A stretch of DNA of 37,311 nt from Phoronis australis. Taxonomy: Eukaryota > Animalia > Phoronida. Within the stretch, counting starts at the first letter, position 1; each line of letters begins with the position of its first letter. The notes below the pieces were generated by a model. It made no database searches and was not told the origin of the DNA. It was given only the letters and a program-made list of their open reading frames with translations. Position numbers and translations under genes: made by a program. The DNA is taken from the NCBI GenBank assembly GCA_002633005.1, contig NMRA01000338.1, positions 10,369 to 47,679 of the forward strand. Reading direction: 5' to 3'. Of this stretch, positions 1 to 12,448 are shown piece after piece.

Positions 1-319
1 ATATCTAGTCTTTTTCTTGCCATTTCCCAACAAAAGCTTGACAGTGATGCATTCTTTGTCTCTTAGTAGATTTTGCACACAAACCTTCATTTTAACTGAA
101 GCCATTTTGTACTTATGGATGATTTTCATATCTTTGTGAAGGGGAAATTTCCCCCTCCCTAGAAAAGTTTTGAAGGAGCTACTGATATAATAACATGTTG
201 AGACGAACCATGTTTGAAGTTGAGTGGTGTGATTGCGGTTTAGGTGGTAATAAGATGTAATAAGGTAGTTCTTTAAAGTAGCTGACCTATTTGAGTTACA
301 TAATTGTTGTATTTCAGGT

Positions 320-2243
320 ACATACTTACATCCATACTCTAGATGCCTGCAAGCAAGACTTTTTCACTGTTTGCTGTTTAACGCTAGGTATGCTAAGGCA
401 GGTGAAACCTAGGGATCCACAAATAACGGAAGCTCCGACAATGCCAACTGTTACCATTCAGCCGCCCTTCTGACTCATTTTGTAACACCGTCATCTCCAT
501 TCTGCGCTACGACTTCAGTGAAAGTCAGAAGGGAAAAGGCATCTGTGACAGGAAAATCGCACCCTTGAAGTCCCATGCCAAGTACTTCGTCAAAATGCAG
601 TCGACCTGAAACATGCGCTAGAGTCTAGAGGAGGTGTCAAAGGCTGTTATGTGTCGGCCTGTAGTTTGAATGCCCCAAAGATCCTTCCCAAGCACAGTAT
701 CCCAGGGATAAGTTTGCTGACAAACTTTGAGTATTCCGCCGATGGCATTCGAGCATGGAAGGCCTATAGAGTAGGGGAGGGAAAACTTGTCGTCAACAAA
801 TCATGTAAACTGTTACCTCTGAAGTCTTGACCTTGCAACACTAGAGTGTTTTAAAACTCCAAGGGTTGAGTCGGGGCTGGTATCCCGTGAACATCATACG
901 AAGTTCACATGCACACACTATGGGTGCTCGAAATATTTTCCTACAGATGCTGAGCTAAATGAACACTTGGATGTTGGTGCTCATTCATCATCTCTCCAGA
1001 ACGAGACCCAGTTCGACCACATTTCAAGACAATCTGATATGTTATCTACTACCACAGCTGTGTCATCACCTCAGTTGTCTGCCGTTTACGTTGTTGATCA
1101 AGTTGCCGCGGGATTGGGCCCTGAAAAGTATTAGAAAAGCGGTCCGCTTCTCTGAGAAGGTAAAGACTTAACCCTGTGATATATTTCCTGGAGGTGAACA
1201 GTCAGGCAGAAAACAACAGCCAGCTGAGGTTGTAAAGATGATGCGAGAAGCCAAGAATAAGCAAGGAAAAGTTTTCTCCTTTGTAGAGTGGCTGTCGGAG
1301 CAGCAGATTGCTGGATTTTTCCCGTATGGTTGCCGCGTCTCGAATCCAAAATATTCAGAATATTGAAGATACTGATGCTGATGCTGCCCACGAGTTTGCC
1401 TCAAAGAATGACTTGGAGCTTGAAGTCATGAATGAGTTATCATCATAAACTATAGGAAATTATAAACATGTTTTAGTTGTTGTCTATTCTTATGATGTTG
1501 TGGTCATCATTACCGTAGCTAGGGGACTGTTCTATGTTCAGTTTGAGACTCGTAAAGCATACTTTTTACATGATTGATTCTATTGAAACTACTGAGATTT
1601 TTATAGGAGTGATTATCTAGTTTTGACAAACGTCTATCTTAGACATGTGTGCTGAGCACAATAAAAGGACTTTATGTTTCAGTAGCTCTTGTTTTCTTCA
1701 AACAAAATGCATTTTTTTGAAGTGTTGTGTAGAAATGCATCATACACTAAACCTAGCATACCTTCAAGAAACTGCTTGAAAAGAATTTACCTATTGTGAA
1801 ACTTTTAGCTGGTAAGTCGCAACAACACCCAATTGCTTAAATACTCGTTTGGAAAGCCGGTATCTTGGATATCTCTGAAAGTATTATGTTTTCTATCGTA
1901 AATATCCGTACCTGTTATTTTTCTGAAATTGCAAACTGCATTGGCGCACTGCCACCATGCTCGGCCGCTTTTGTGTAGTACAAGAAGCATTGCGTGACAC
2001 TTTGTATGTCCAATAACACGACACTTCTGCTCGTATCCACCGTCCTCTTTTCACTTGTGATCTCGAAGATCTTGATTAGTTTTAGTATGAACTTTGCTAA
2101 TAGTTTGAGAGGACTTTTTCAAGCGCATATACAGGGATTTGTTCAGGTCTGAAAATGGACCAGCATTCACTGCAGGCAGTGCGTGGGATTTTTGGTCAAT
2201 TACGGTGTTTGAAAACTGACCAAGCAATGGGTAATGGGCACCC
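320..2243 (+). mobile_element. Decayed DNA transposon, Sola3-like DDD transposase remnant with probable right end
   Basis: Frameshifted peptides HTYIHTLDACKQD, SDNANCYHS, DFSESQKGKGICDRK, IPGISLLTNFEY..GIRAWKAY, a C2H2-like CTHYGC..EHLDVGAH, WALK..RFSEK and WLSEQQIAGF. Ends in ccc|ttaa at about 2243. The superfamily call is from motif recall and is tentative. Confidence 0.6.
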
Positions 2244-2949
2244 TTAATAAGAATAAAACCTGCTTCTCTGAAGTATGAGATGGTGATGGGGTTGTATTAT
2301 TAACTCATAAGTACATTAAACTTGACTTATTTGGTTTCTGTAATCCTATAACAAATTTTTATTTTCGCACCAGCAAAACGGAAAATCCGCGAAGAAAAAA
2401 TGTCTCATACAGCTTCCTATGATCTCCTTCGTCACTGATGTAGCAAAACGAATGATATTTGTTCTATTTGGCATCTTGATCGACAGATAATTGCACAATT
2501 GAGTAGCGCCACCTAGAGTCTTTTAATCAAACTGACAGTCACAGATTGGCAGAAAAGTGTGTAAGTGGGTTATGTAAAAAACTGACTGCACAAAAACTAT
2601 GAAAGAGACAAGACTTTTTATTCTTGCATTGGGCTGAACAAAGACAGCTGTAACAGATGGAAGTTAACTCATGTTCCAAAAGAATCCGATATAGATTTGG
2701 GAGAGTGATAAAAATGCGTAAAAATGGCCTTAATATTAAGTAGTGAAAATGATATTTTGTAGGCTAAAATGGGAGGACATAAAAAATCAATCAATCCACC
2801 CGAACTAGTTTTTCTTGTATGTTATTTTTTCTTCTTTCTGCTGTGTAGTTATTTTTCAATAGCGTGGAGCGATGATGTGCTGTTGCTGACAAAAAGTCAC
2901 CTACTTCCGAGTACTATTATTTGCTATTTTTCAGCAAAAGTACAATGAA

Positions 2950-3099
2950 AGTGGTCGTAAAAAGGGTTAAAAAAACTCGGAAACTCTTAAAAATTCAGGC
3001 TCAGGTTTCTTTTGACAAGGCCAGCTGATGTGCTAAGTTTCAAAAAATTGGTGATTTTGCATATATAGCCCACCATCTGGTTTTTATATTGAATTGCTC
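2950..3099. mobile_element. Probable transposon terminus ending CTC|TTAA (Sola3-type end)
   Basis: gaattgCTC at 3097-3099 followed by TTAA. GAG..CTC termini with a TTAA target are typical of Sola3. The partner end is not in the window. Confidence 0.35.
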
Positions 3100-3102
3100 T
3101 TA

Positions 3103-3280
3103 AGTATTCTATTTTAATGTTCGATTACGTCAGCGGTGTAGCGGTCAAATGGGGGCCCGAAACTCTTGAGGCCCGGGCTCGAAACCGGCCTCGGTTTCCC
3201 GCCAAAATGTTATCTCGCTAGTGAGATAATTAAACGGGCTATTACACGGTTGCGTTTGCCACTCGACGCTAATATCGTGG
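3103..3280 (+). repeat. Interspersed repeat with a tRNA-like segment (SINE-like); inverted second copy at about 25541-25730
   Basis: Shared blocks gtattctatttt..gttcgat.acgtcagc, tttcccgccaaaatg.tatct..ctagtgagataa and ttgcca.tcgacgctaa on opposite strands. Confidence 0.7.
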
Positions 3281-5689
3281 AATAATTTGCGGAATTTAGC
3301 ATACGGCAGATTAAAAATATCCTCGAGTCTTCTCTGATTTTGTTCGAAAAATCCTGAAATCTATGGCATCGTACAGATAATTCGACTTTAAGGTACATAC
3401 CCAGCTTTACATGAACATATCGCATCAGTGGCCGTGTCATGAATGTGAACCCCGTGTGGGATTCCTTTGGTTTTAGCGGGCACCGAAATACTTTTCCTCG
3501 AACCATTACAGCGTCCTGTCGTTCAGTAACTTTTCCAGACGTGAGGGGTGCTGAACGTGCGATGATATCTGGCTTAACTTAACTTTCATTTTTATCAGCC
3601 CACCCCAGTCAGGCTAGATACGATCTGAACGGAGTTTAGAGCAATTATCAAACAAAAGAGCGCAGGCCCTCCAACCATCAACGCCAGAATGGAGTTAATT
3701 GGCTACGGGGTTAAACTTCCCAACTTGTTATTGGGCTATACAATCGAATAAGTTGGGAGCAATGGGATGTCGCCGTCATGACTTATATTTTCATCGTCAC
3801 CTTTACAAATTCACAAATCATGAACGTACGATACTATGCTGAAAAGCATTGGCTGTTGTCTTTGTCGAAGCGTTTTCGGGTAGTGCAAAAAACGCTCATC
3901 GATTCTACCAAGAACGTCGTTTAGCCGCAGTGTATTTGTCTCCGACATCTTGTTTGTTTGTCGGGTGTCACGTGACTTTTCCCAACGGGGTGGAGGTTGC
4001 GATAGGTCAATTAAGATACTGGATAAAACACGTGGCCTGGGGTACTAATTATTTCTAAATAATTTCCTAAACAATACATTTTTAACCTCACACAGTTAGA
4101 TAGTTTTGCGTTACACTGGATACCAGATTGACAGACTTGCGAAATAGCTGTCATTGACACACTGGAAAAATGTTAAAACTACGCTTGGTTTACCACAGCC
4201 TGATTAACCCATGCATTTGAAAAGACATGCAGACTTTCCCTAAAAAATGTGCCAGTAGTTATAAGAAGATTTTCGGATCAAATCTGACTGAAAAAGCATA
4301 TCATATCCTGCCTTTACTCTACGATTACTAGACATCCCCAGTATTTTGAACTAATATCTCATACGAGATACAAAATATTGAGTAAACAATGGGGACCGAC
4401 CACAATCTCCCATAACTGCCACGTTAGAACAACAATCGCCTACTCCTAAAATGCTTTTACAGAAGTTAATATGTACATTTTTTGCAATTGTTCATGCTCA
4501 TAGGTCCCTATGCCTATGTTTTATGGACAAAAAAGCAAAGTGGCAGTTCCAGTCTCTATGGTGCCAGACAGAGTAAAATCACATTTCGGGTACCGTTCAA
4601 TTATTTTCAGTATTGACGTAATCAGCGATTTACATGCTATTTTGCCGTCAGGCTGACAACTTTTCGGAAGGAAACGTCATTCACTCAAAATAACAATAAA
4701 AACCAAATATCCCTTTCTTTGACATTACATCCGCAAGCAAACTGAAGTCAAGTATGCATGCAGTTTTGCAAAAAGAATGTTTAAAATAGGATAATAAATT
4801 TTCAAGTGTTGTGTAAGATATCAAGGCCATTAATATCCCGTCTCAGAACGAACAAGCAATTACTTCGGCTAAGAAATAATTTGTTCGACGTTTTTAGTCT
4901 TTGCGAATTATCGAGACATCTTTGATAGGCCTACGATATGCTTTGGTAGGAACTTTATTTCAATTCACACAGGATACTCGTTAGTCCCGTTCCCGCATGA
5001 AGTAGGTAATTCTCGTATATTTGTAAGTTCCTTGATATTTTTGTGATATACTACATGATGGAAAACGGCAAACTTTAAAAATGGTCATTGTTTATCAAGG
5101 ACTGACTTTCAGGGTTCAATTTTGGAGCGCTCTACGCGCCCAGGACGGATTTAAAGATTTAAAATGGCGCACTGAAATGTTGTCTTTGGTGCATTCATTT
5201 TTCTTAGCAAGAAGGTGTAACTAATTTACTAATTTTTTTACCAATTGTAGGTGTGATGGGGCAATTTTCTCACGGCGTGTGATTTTGTGAAATGACCCAA
5301 GACTCGTTAATGGTTGTTCTTATTCTCGCTAATTATTTCGCTAAATGGGACTTTCCTACCCCGATTTTAAACACTTCATGTTTGTCCGAGTCTTATGAGC
5401 TGAATTTCCTAGACAAAAGAGGATTTCCAATTTTCGCGATTTTTTTTTTGAATTTACAACGAGCATTATGGCATTTGTAAGACGGGTTAACGTTTCTAAA
5501 AGCTGCGCCTAATATATGCTCAGTGTAGGAACGATATTTCACGCAGGACATCATCGGGATCATTACCGTTGGACAGAACACTAGGTGTGCGTCAATTATT
5601 TTCAACTTATTACGCATTTGTTTTAAACGTAAATCACAACGATAAATGATATTGCCTTACTGGAAATATACCTAACCCATCCTAGAGTA

Positions 5690-6300
5690 AACTAACTTCA
5701 GTATTTACAGGTGTTGGAAAAGTTAGCGATCGTTAATCGGCTGCTGCTAAAATTGTGATGGGTTCTGTTGAGTCGGCTTCTTGCGATTACGTCACCTGAC
5801 ATTTACAAGTTTCTTTTTCCCCGATTCTTTAATCAAGTGTTCTTTGGTGCCGCAAACCTACGTTGGGTACATGTCACAACAAATTATCGGAACTTGTTTT
5901 ATTTCGTTGTAAGTTTTTAGTATTTGTATACCAGCAAACCGAATTTTAGAACAAACCTTGGTGCTGCGAAGTTGTCATCATCTCCCGAAAGACGTCTCAA
6001 GTTTTTAGGAAATGGCGCGTGCGCCGTGTAACGAGCGTGTTTTTTTCTAAATGGACGACACATTTCTTTTTTATAAAAGGCAGTGAATTATGCAACAAAA
6101 TGACGTTTATTTCATTGTTTTTCACTTAAACGGCTGCAAAAAAGGTGAATGTCGGTTGACTACCAGGTTTTGCATGCACCCCCGCCGGTCCGTTAGTTTT
6201 ACGTGTTGATCTAGCCTTAGTTTTACGATGAGGTGACGAGCATATATCAACTATACTCGGGTAGTCAACGGGCCTAGTGAAATTTCGGGGTCACAGAAGC
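5690..6300. repeat. Interspersed repeat related to about 32990-33570 in inverted orientation
   Basis: gtacatgtcacaacaaattat..tttcgtt.taagttt..ataccagcaaac.gaattt and aggaaatggcgcgtgcg are shared with the 32.7-33.5 kb region. Confidence 0.65.
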
Positions 6301-7943
6301 TCAACACACAGTGGTACGATAGTCCTCATGCAGCTATAGTCGGTAAGTAACCAACCCTTCAAGTTTACAGAGCTGAGAATTGGCTGGCAGCTGGCTCACT
6401 GGCTGGCTAGCGTCCACATTGCCCACGGCACAATCACACCAGTGTTAATTGTTGATACGGAATGGTTGCACCAGCAAATTTTCATCTGGCGATGATGATG
6501 ATTGGGTATCACTTTGTGTTGCCTCGGCTCAAACAGCTACAGTATCCCTGGCGACCGGACATTTCACACTAAAATATATTTTTCCGACAATATGAAAAGC
6601 ACCACTTGGCTGCACGCCAACACAGGACAATGGTTTTGCCCCCGCCAAATACGTCACCAGAACCAGAGTTCCAAGCGGGTAATGTTTTTAGCTTTGTTTG
6701 AGAATATAAGTTTACTTTTTGATGTTGAATTCTTTGTGGAATCAATCAACAACTCATAAAAAATATTCAAAAGTAATTCAGAATAAAATACAGTTACCTT
6801 TTAAGTTTGGAAATGTTAGAACTTAAGGAGGAAATTTAAAAATCATTTGTCCGCTTACAAAAATATAACATTGAAGAATTAAAACTAACTTCACATCCTT
6901 CTGGTGTTCCTGTTCATTTTTTGCAAAGAAGTTGAAAATCGGGTTAGTTGAATGTATTTTCATAGACTGCAATGTACTTGGCTAAGATGGTCTAGAGGTT
7001 TTGTGCGGCATACATTCGACATGAAATGAGTGTGTAACCTGCCGTTGAATTGTAAGATAGATTTTGAGAAGGCCAGTTGATTATTTCTGGAGTATTAAAA
7101 TAATCTTTATTTGTGTTAAAGGTTTTGCCAGCATTCAATTTGTTTGTACCCTGATTTATAAATCGGCTAAGTCGATGATCCAAATCCCGACGAAATGTGC
7201 GCATTCTGCTGAGAAAGTAACCGCTTGATTAGTGCTAGCGAATGTGAGTAATTTGGTTAATTCGCACACTAGACTATGGCTGAAGTACCTCGTAAGGACA
7301 GAAGTTCGTGAATCACTATCTTTTGAAAGAACTTAGCGGACAATTTTTGTCATAAAAGTACCAGGAAATGTTCATTAAAAAGGAGTAAAGAACAATGGAT
7401 ATGTGAGATAGAATTAAGTCAGTGGTGGTTGTGCTAGTACGCTTACCAGAAGTTCTTAAAAAACATCCATCATCAAAATATCTTGAACATAGATATAAAA
7501 TATTATTTTCATTAACGTTTATACAAGACACAAGATTTTCTCCCACAGCCGATTATGGGGTCTCCGTACGCTATGGAAGCTAACGCCTTTGCATTTCGCC
7601 TGTCTGGCCGAACACCCATCTCCCGTTCAGTAACGCTAGGACCTCGCTAAAAAGCAAGACTTCGCGAGATTACGTGAGATATTGCCGTGCACTTTAAATG
7701 AGAGCACGTGACTTTGACTAGGTTTTAGCTAGGTCCTAACGTAGGTCCTAGCGTCTACTAAACGCACGCCTGGCCACACAGCAACCGACCATGATTAGCA
7801 GACAACGTACTTGCCGGAAATAACACCAGATAATTTGGCGAGGTGACGCTAGTGAATAATGACGTAACGGCTTGTGCGAAACAGCACATATTTCGTCCAT
7901 TGAAAGTATACGGAGTTGGCGGTCCATGTACTATAGTCTATGG

Positions 7944-8721
7944 CAGTGGCGAATCTTGGATATCACAAGGGGGGCCCAACATTTTGTCCGGCTGTAAGCA
8001 TTTGTGCAAACTGAACCACGATTGTAGATGCGCATAGCACCGAATGGGGGGAGGTCGGGAGGGGAGTTTGCCCCCTCCTGCCCAGGAAATTTTTCTATTT
8101 TTACCTCTAAAAATCAAGCATTTTCCTTGATTCCTGAAGTATTATTCAAGGCAAATAAAAAAATGGAAAACGTGTCAAACAGGAAAACGGAAAGCACCAA
8201 AGACTCGAACTCACGATCTGGTTGACAGAGCACGCGTGCGTTACCACTACACCACCACGATTTAACTACTACTGTCATTCAAAAAGACCTACTTGTTTAT
8301 GGTCCACAGCGTTTGCGCGCGAAACCTACTTCGTTTTGTAATGATTATTCCACGTTTTACATTTTGTGCCATCAATTCTTAACAAATTTGTCGTATTTAA
8401 AATCGTCTTCAAATATCTAAAAGACCAAATCCGTTTTTCGTGTTGGCAATAATGACGGGCTTGCTTTGGAAATCGTCCTAGGATAAGGTTTGACAAAGAG
8501 AGTATTGCGAGTTTCTGAGTGATTCACTAAGGCTACGATTAAAAGTCACATCTTACCAGCAGCTTCTGTTTTTTCATCGTCACTCAGGTACTATTTTTTT
8601 AAAAATGAAGTAAATTTTCTTCATTACACAGTGGAGCAGACGACGGAAACGGAGTCGTAGTTTGCAGCGACACTGCCGGTCGCCTGGGATATCGCGGGAG
8701 AGCNCCCTAAATCCGCCTATG
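7944..8721. mobile_element. MITE with CAGTGGCGAAT/ATCCGCCTATG ends and a 6-bp target duplication CTATGG
   Basis: ctatgg lies directly left (7938-7943) and directly right (8722-8727); imperfect terminal inverted repeats. Confidence 0.6.
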
Positions 8722-8769
8722 CTATGGTTTCATGCATCATAAACGATAGCGTTTATGATTTTAAATTTA

Positions 8770-8981
8770 TTTGCCTTGGATGACTGAAGTCGAAGTACAG
8801 CAACTGCTTTACTATGAAATGTTTTGTACAGTGTTTTATTTTATTTATACTCATGCGTTTGTGTTACACTCGGTGATCTACAATTTCAAGTGCCATCTGA
8901 AGAAAGACATTTATGTAGACAATACGAAAGTTTGTTGAACAAATTATCTAAGGCCAAGAACAGCTTACTTTTCAATGAAAC
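8770..8981 (+). mobile_element. Penelope-like element 5' fragment
   Basis: Peptide RQYESLLNKLSKAKNSLLFNET resembles the N-terminus of Penelope-like ORFs; preceded by the decayed core ggatgactgaagtcgaa. Confidence 0.45.
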
Positions 8982-9028
8982 ATATATGTATGTACGTACG
9001 TATGTATGTATGTATCTATGTGTGTATA

Positions 9029-9183
9029 CATGGGCGGCGCACCATAGGGGGCTGTGGGCTATAGCCCCCCACCTTTCTCAGTGCTACGCCGCACATGTTC
9101 TATAGGCGGTGCACCACGGGGGGCCGAAGGGGGCTTTAGCCCACCTCCCCCTCCCCACATTTTTCAGTGCTGCGCCGCCCATG
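9029..9183. repeat. Two tandem tiny MITE-like units (catgggcggcgca..tgcgccgcccatg)
   Basis: 13-bp outer inverted repeat and an internally duplicated unit. Confidence 0.55.
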
Positions 9184-9753
9184 GTATATAAAAGCCTGTT
9201 TTTATATACGATATAGAATGAAAGTCACTAAACTGCAACTGTTTAATTAACGCTCAAAGGGAATAAAATTCCCAAACAGAACTTTCATTTCAACTTGCCA
9301 GTCGGGCAAATAAATTGGAACTCTCATTTGTCTGGTTGCCGAAAGTTACCTGCTGTCGAGCCGTAGGGAAACAGTTGAGCTCCGCACAATTGCGGCCGTT
9401 TTTACGTTGACGGATCTGATTTAAACAGATCAAGTATTAGAAAAGATCCACTTGTGCACTGCATGCATTGGAAGGACGCCGGAAACGCAGTTAGAGTGCG
9501 AAGTTTGGGTGTTACGTTCAACAAAAGACATTAACAAGCAAATTGTAAACTGATCTTGCAGAAATCAAGAAAGTGCTTCATTTCAAGGGTTTCTTAGGCG
9601 GGAGGGAAACCCCCTTTCCGACCTTCCTCCACTCGGCACAACGTGCCGAGAGCAGCACAATTATTCCACGCCATTATCGCTATCTTGGCTAATACTTCAA
9701 ACAGTTTTAAAGAAACCGTGTACAGCATGACTTCTCACCATAAACAGAACATG

Positions 9754-11658
9754 CGCCAGAAGGGAATTGTTTATGCAGGACGAACAACTGTGGACAAAAC
9801 ACTAAGGTTTATTCAGAGCTAAATAGAATGAACGATACCAGCACAAAATGGCAGACGGCAGAGAGAGGGCGCTGATTACAGCGAAACGACATCTGGCGGG
9901 ACGGTAACCTCCCAAAATCCCCTGACCACAAAACTGTGGAGTACTTCGGTGATCGTAACAGATGTGACTGCGTGAGGCGGACATGGTGTGGGCTTGTGGC
10001 AGACTGTGTCCCAGAGCCGCAGGGGATTATGTCAGTTCCTCGGATCGTGATTTGACGCTTTGCTGGTCGAACAGCGATATCGTTTGAAGTCATGAATGGG
10101 GTCCCAGCCAAAACATCGACGTCCAGATCGTCAACGACGAGCGCCTCGAGGAGCAACTTTTGGTTATTTCGGGAAACCGAGAGTGACGTTTCCCCGACTA
10201 CGGATAACGGTGACTTGCCGTCAGCTTGGAAAGCGCACTGAGTACTTGGTTTGATGTGGGCGTCGATGAACCTTGCAAAGGATGCCTTAATCATATTAGT
10301 CTCAGCACCTGTGTCAACGGTGAGGACAACAGGATGATGAGTGTAAAACACTTTGAAAGTAGGAGACGATGGGATGACACGCGAAAGTTAGAGCAGTCGT
10401 CATCATCGTCCACATTGGCGTCATCTACACTATGGTCTTCTGAACAGGTAAGTTGTCGCGCCTTACTCATGAAAAGACGATCTTGTGGTGGATGAAATGG
10501 GCATTTGCTGAGAAAATGCTGTGTCTCCGCACGACGAGCTTGCACACACAGGGGGCACGATGGTCTGCTAGTTGAGGTCCGTTTTGTGTCTGGAAGATAG
10601 AGCGTTTGGAGTCGAATTTGCTAGTACTGTTGCGTAGTATCTTAGCATCTGCAGTGTGTTTTATTTCGTCAAGCAACGAGTCCATAGCTTGAGAGATCTC
10701 TGGATTTAGTGTGGCTAGGGTACAAGACCGGAGTTCAATGCCGTAACGTTGCTTTACTAGGTTAGGGAGATCAGGATGAAGGAGTTTTAACCATGTGAGA
10801 ACAACCATGTTCTCTAGTGTGGGGGTAAGCTCTTCATCTACAGTGACTACTTCGTTGTGATGTCGAATGGTACCGTGGGCCTGTAGTAGACTCTCTTCGA
10901 CAAATGAGATGAGTCTTTGATACAGGTCTTCTGGTCGCTCATCAGCTTCGAGGACGATGTTGCTGAAGTCTAAAAAGTGAGCACCGGTAGACTGTAGGCC
11001 GTAATGCAAACGAATGGCTTGCCATATGTTGGCCAGTGTGGAGTTCTTCACTATTGCATTGCGAGAAATTGCTGGACAGTAGATTGCCACTTAGCCAAGC
11101 AGAAGCTCTAGGTGTTGACCCTTCTGAGCAGCAGTCCTCCTGTGATCTTCAGGGACGCCATCGCCGTTAGCGACCAAACCCCGGTGAGGTGAGGTAGGAC
11201 TTTTCTTCCTCAATGACACGCCGTCAACTATGAAGTAAGCAAAATTCTTGTCAAGGGATCGTATGTACAGTAGGTTCTGACGCCAAGCCTCAAAAGTTGT
11301 TATTGTCTCGTTCTTGGTTAACGACCATTGTTTAGGCGCTCTCTGCGACATGCTGCAGGTGCGAATAAAGTGCAAAACAATGTCAGTTGTTACGATAAGT
11401 GTGTGAACGAGTTGTAGTGTGAAATGGCTCGTCCCCTTTGAAATGGGATAGCGTACGTGCGCTGCGGTAATTGACGTGGATCGGGCCTAAAGTTCGTTTA
11501 TATAACGCTGCCACCACGCCAGAAGGGAATTGTTTATGCAGGACGAACAACTGTGGACGAAACACTAAGGTTTATTGAGAGCTAAATAGAATGAACGATA
11601 CCAGCACAAAATGGCAGACGGAAGAGAGGGGGCGCTGACTACAGCGAAACGACATCTG
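9754..11658 (-). mobile_element. Internally deleted Gypsy-type LTR retrotransposon (gag and protease only)
   Basis: 142-bp direct repeats at 9754-9895 and 11517-11658 with about 5 mismatches. PBS TGGTGGCAGCG at 11516-11506. Gag SQRAPKQWSL.. has a premature TAA at 11091-11093, a zinc knuckle CPLC..H....C and frameshifts. Aspartic protease VDTGA. No RT, RNase H or integrase. Confidence 0.9.
11506..11516 (-). promoter_or_regulatory. Primer-binding site, complementary to a tRNA-Leu 3' end
   Basis: TGGTGGCAGCG directly after the 5' LTR matches ..CGCTGCCACCA-3' of eukaryotic tRNA-Leu over 11 nt. Confidence 0.7.
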
Positions 11659-12270
11659 TTGCACTGGCGATGTATCGATACAGAGGATATGAAGGGTCTC
11701 TTGTAGAAAGTCACACTACTAGTTTGACATCAGAGACGTCAACTGAGGAACAGGGCAAAACAGTACCTAATTCGAATTTAGTGAAATGTGATAAACTTGA
11801 AAAAGAAATGGTGTTCAGGTTGCAAAATTTGTTTTACTAAATTCGCTAATGACCGAAGTGAACTTTGTCTAGTTAGAGTGTATTGTGACACGTTATAAAT
11901 CCAGTTTCGTTATGCGCGAGACATCGCCATATCGCACGGCCTAGTGCGCGTGCACTATACTAAGATTTAGAAAATAGAGATATATGTGCATTAGTAGTAC
12001 TCGACGAACTCCTTACTCATTCAAAAACCTTCTCCGCTTGTGACAATTAACACAAATAATACCAAAATCAACCAATTCTAGCCTATCAGTGTTTTCTAAA
12101 AAAATTCGTCATAAGCACTGTATATGCAATGAATATGGAGAACTCTGCGTGTCTTTTTGACTCCAAAGTATTCGAGTGCGTTAAAGGTTATGAATACATT
12201 CTTCGTAAATCCTTCGTCACAGTTATTAAACACACACAGAGAACCCTTCCTCGTGGTCACCAGTGTCTTG

Positions 12271-12448
12271 TTAAAGTTCAGTGTGTCCCCCCTGTCCTCC
12301 AAAGTATTCCTCAGGGGTGTGGAAAGCGATACCAACGTTCTCGGCAAACACTTTGTCCGAGTCGCTATGATCTCCAGGTCTACCAGCCGCATCCCCAACA
12401 TACACCGCAGTGGACTTGTCAATGGTCTTGAACTGATTCAGTGTGCAG
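12271..12448 (-). CDS. Exon 13: PNK 3'-phosphatase motif IV (YVGDAAGRPGDHSDSD..FAENVGI.FHTPEEYF) then GGQGGHTEL-stop
   Basis: Acceptor ccttacag|C, motif match, TAA at 12271-12273. Confidence 0.93.
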
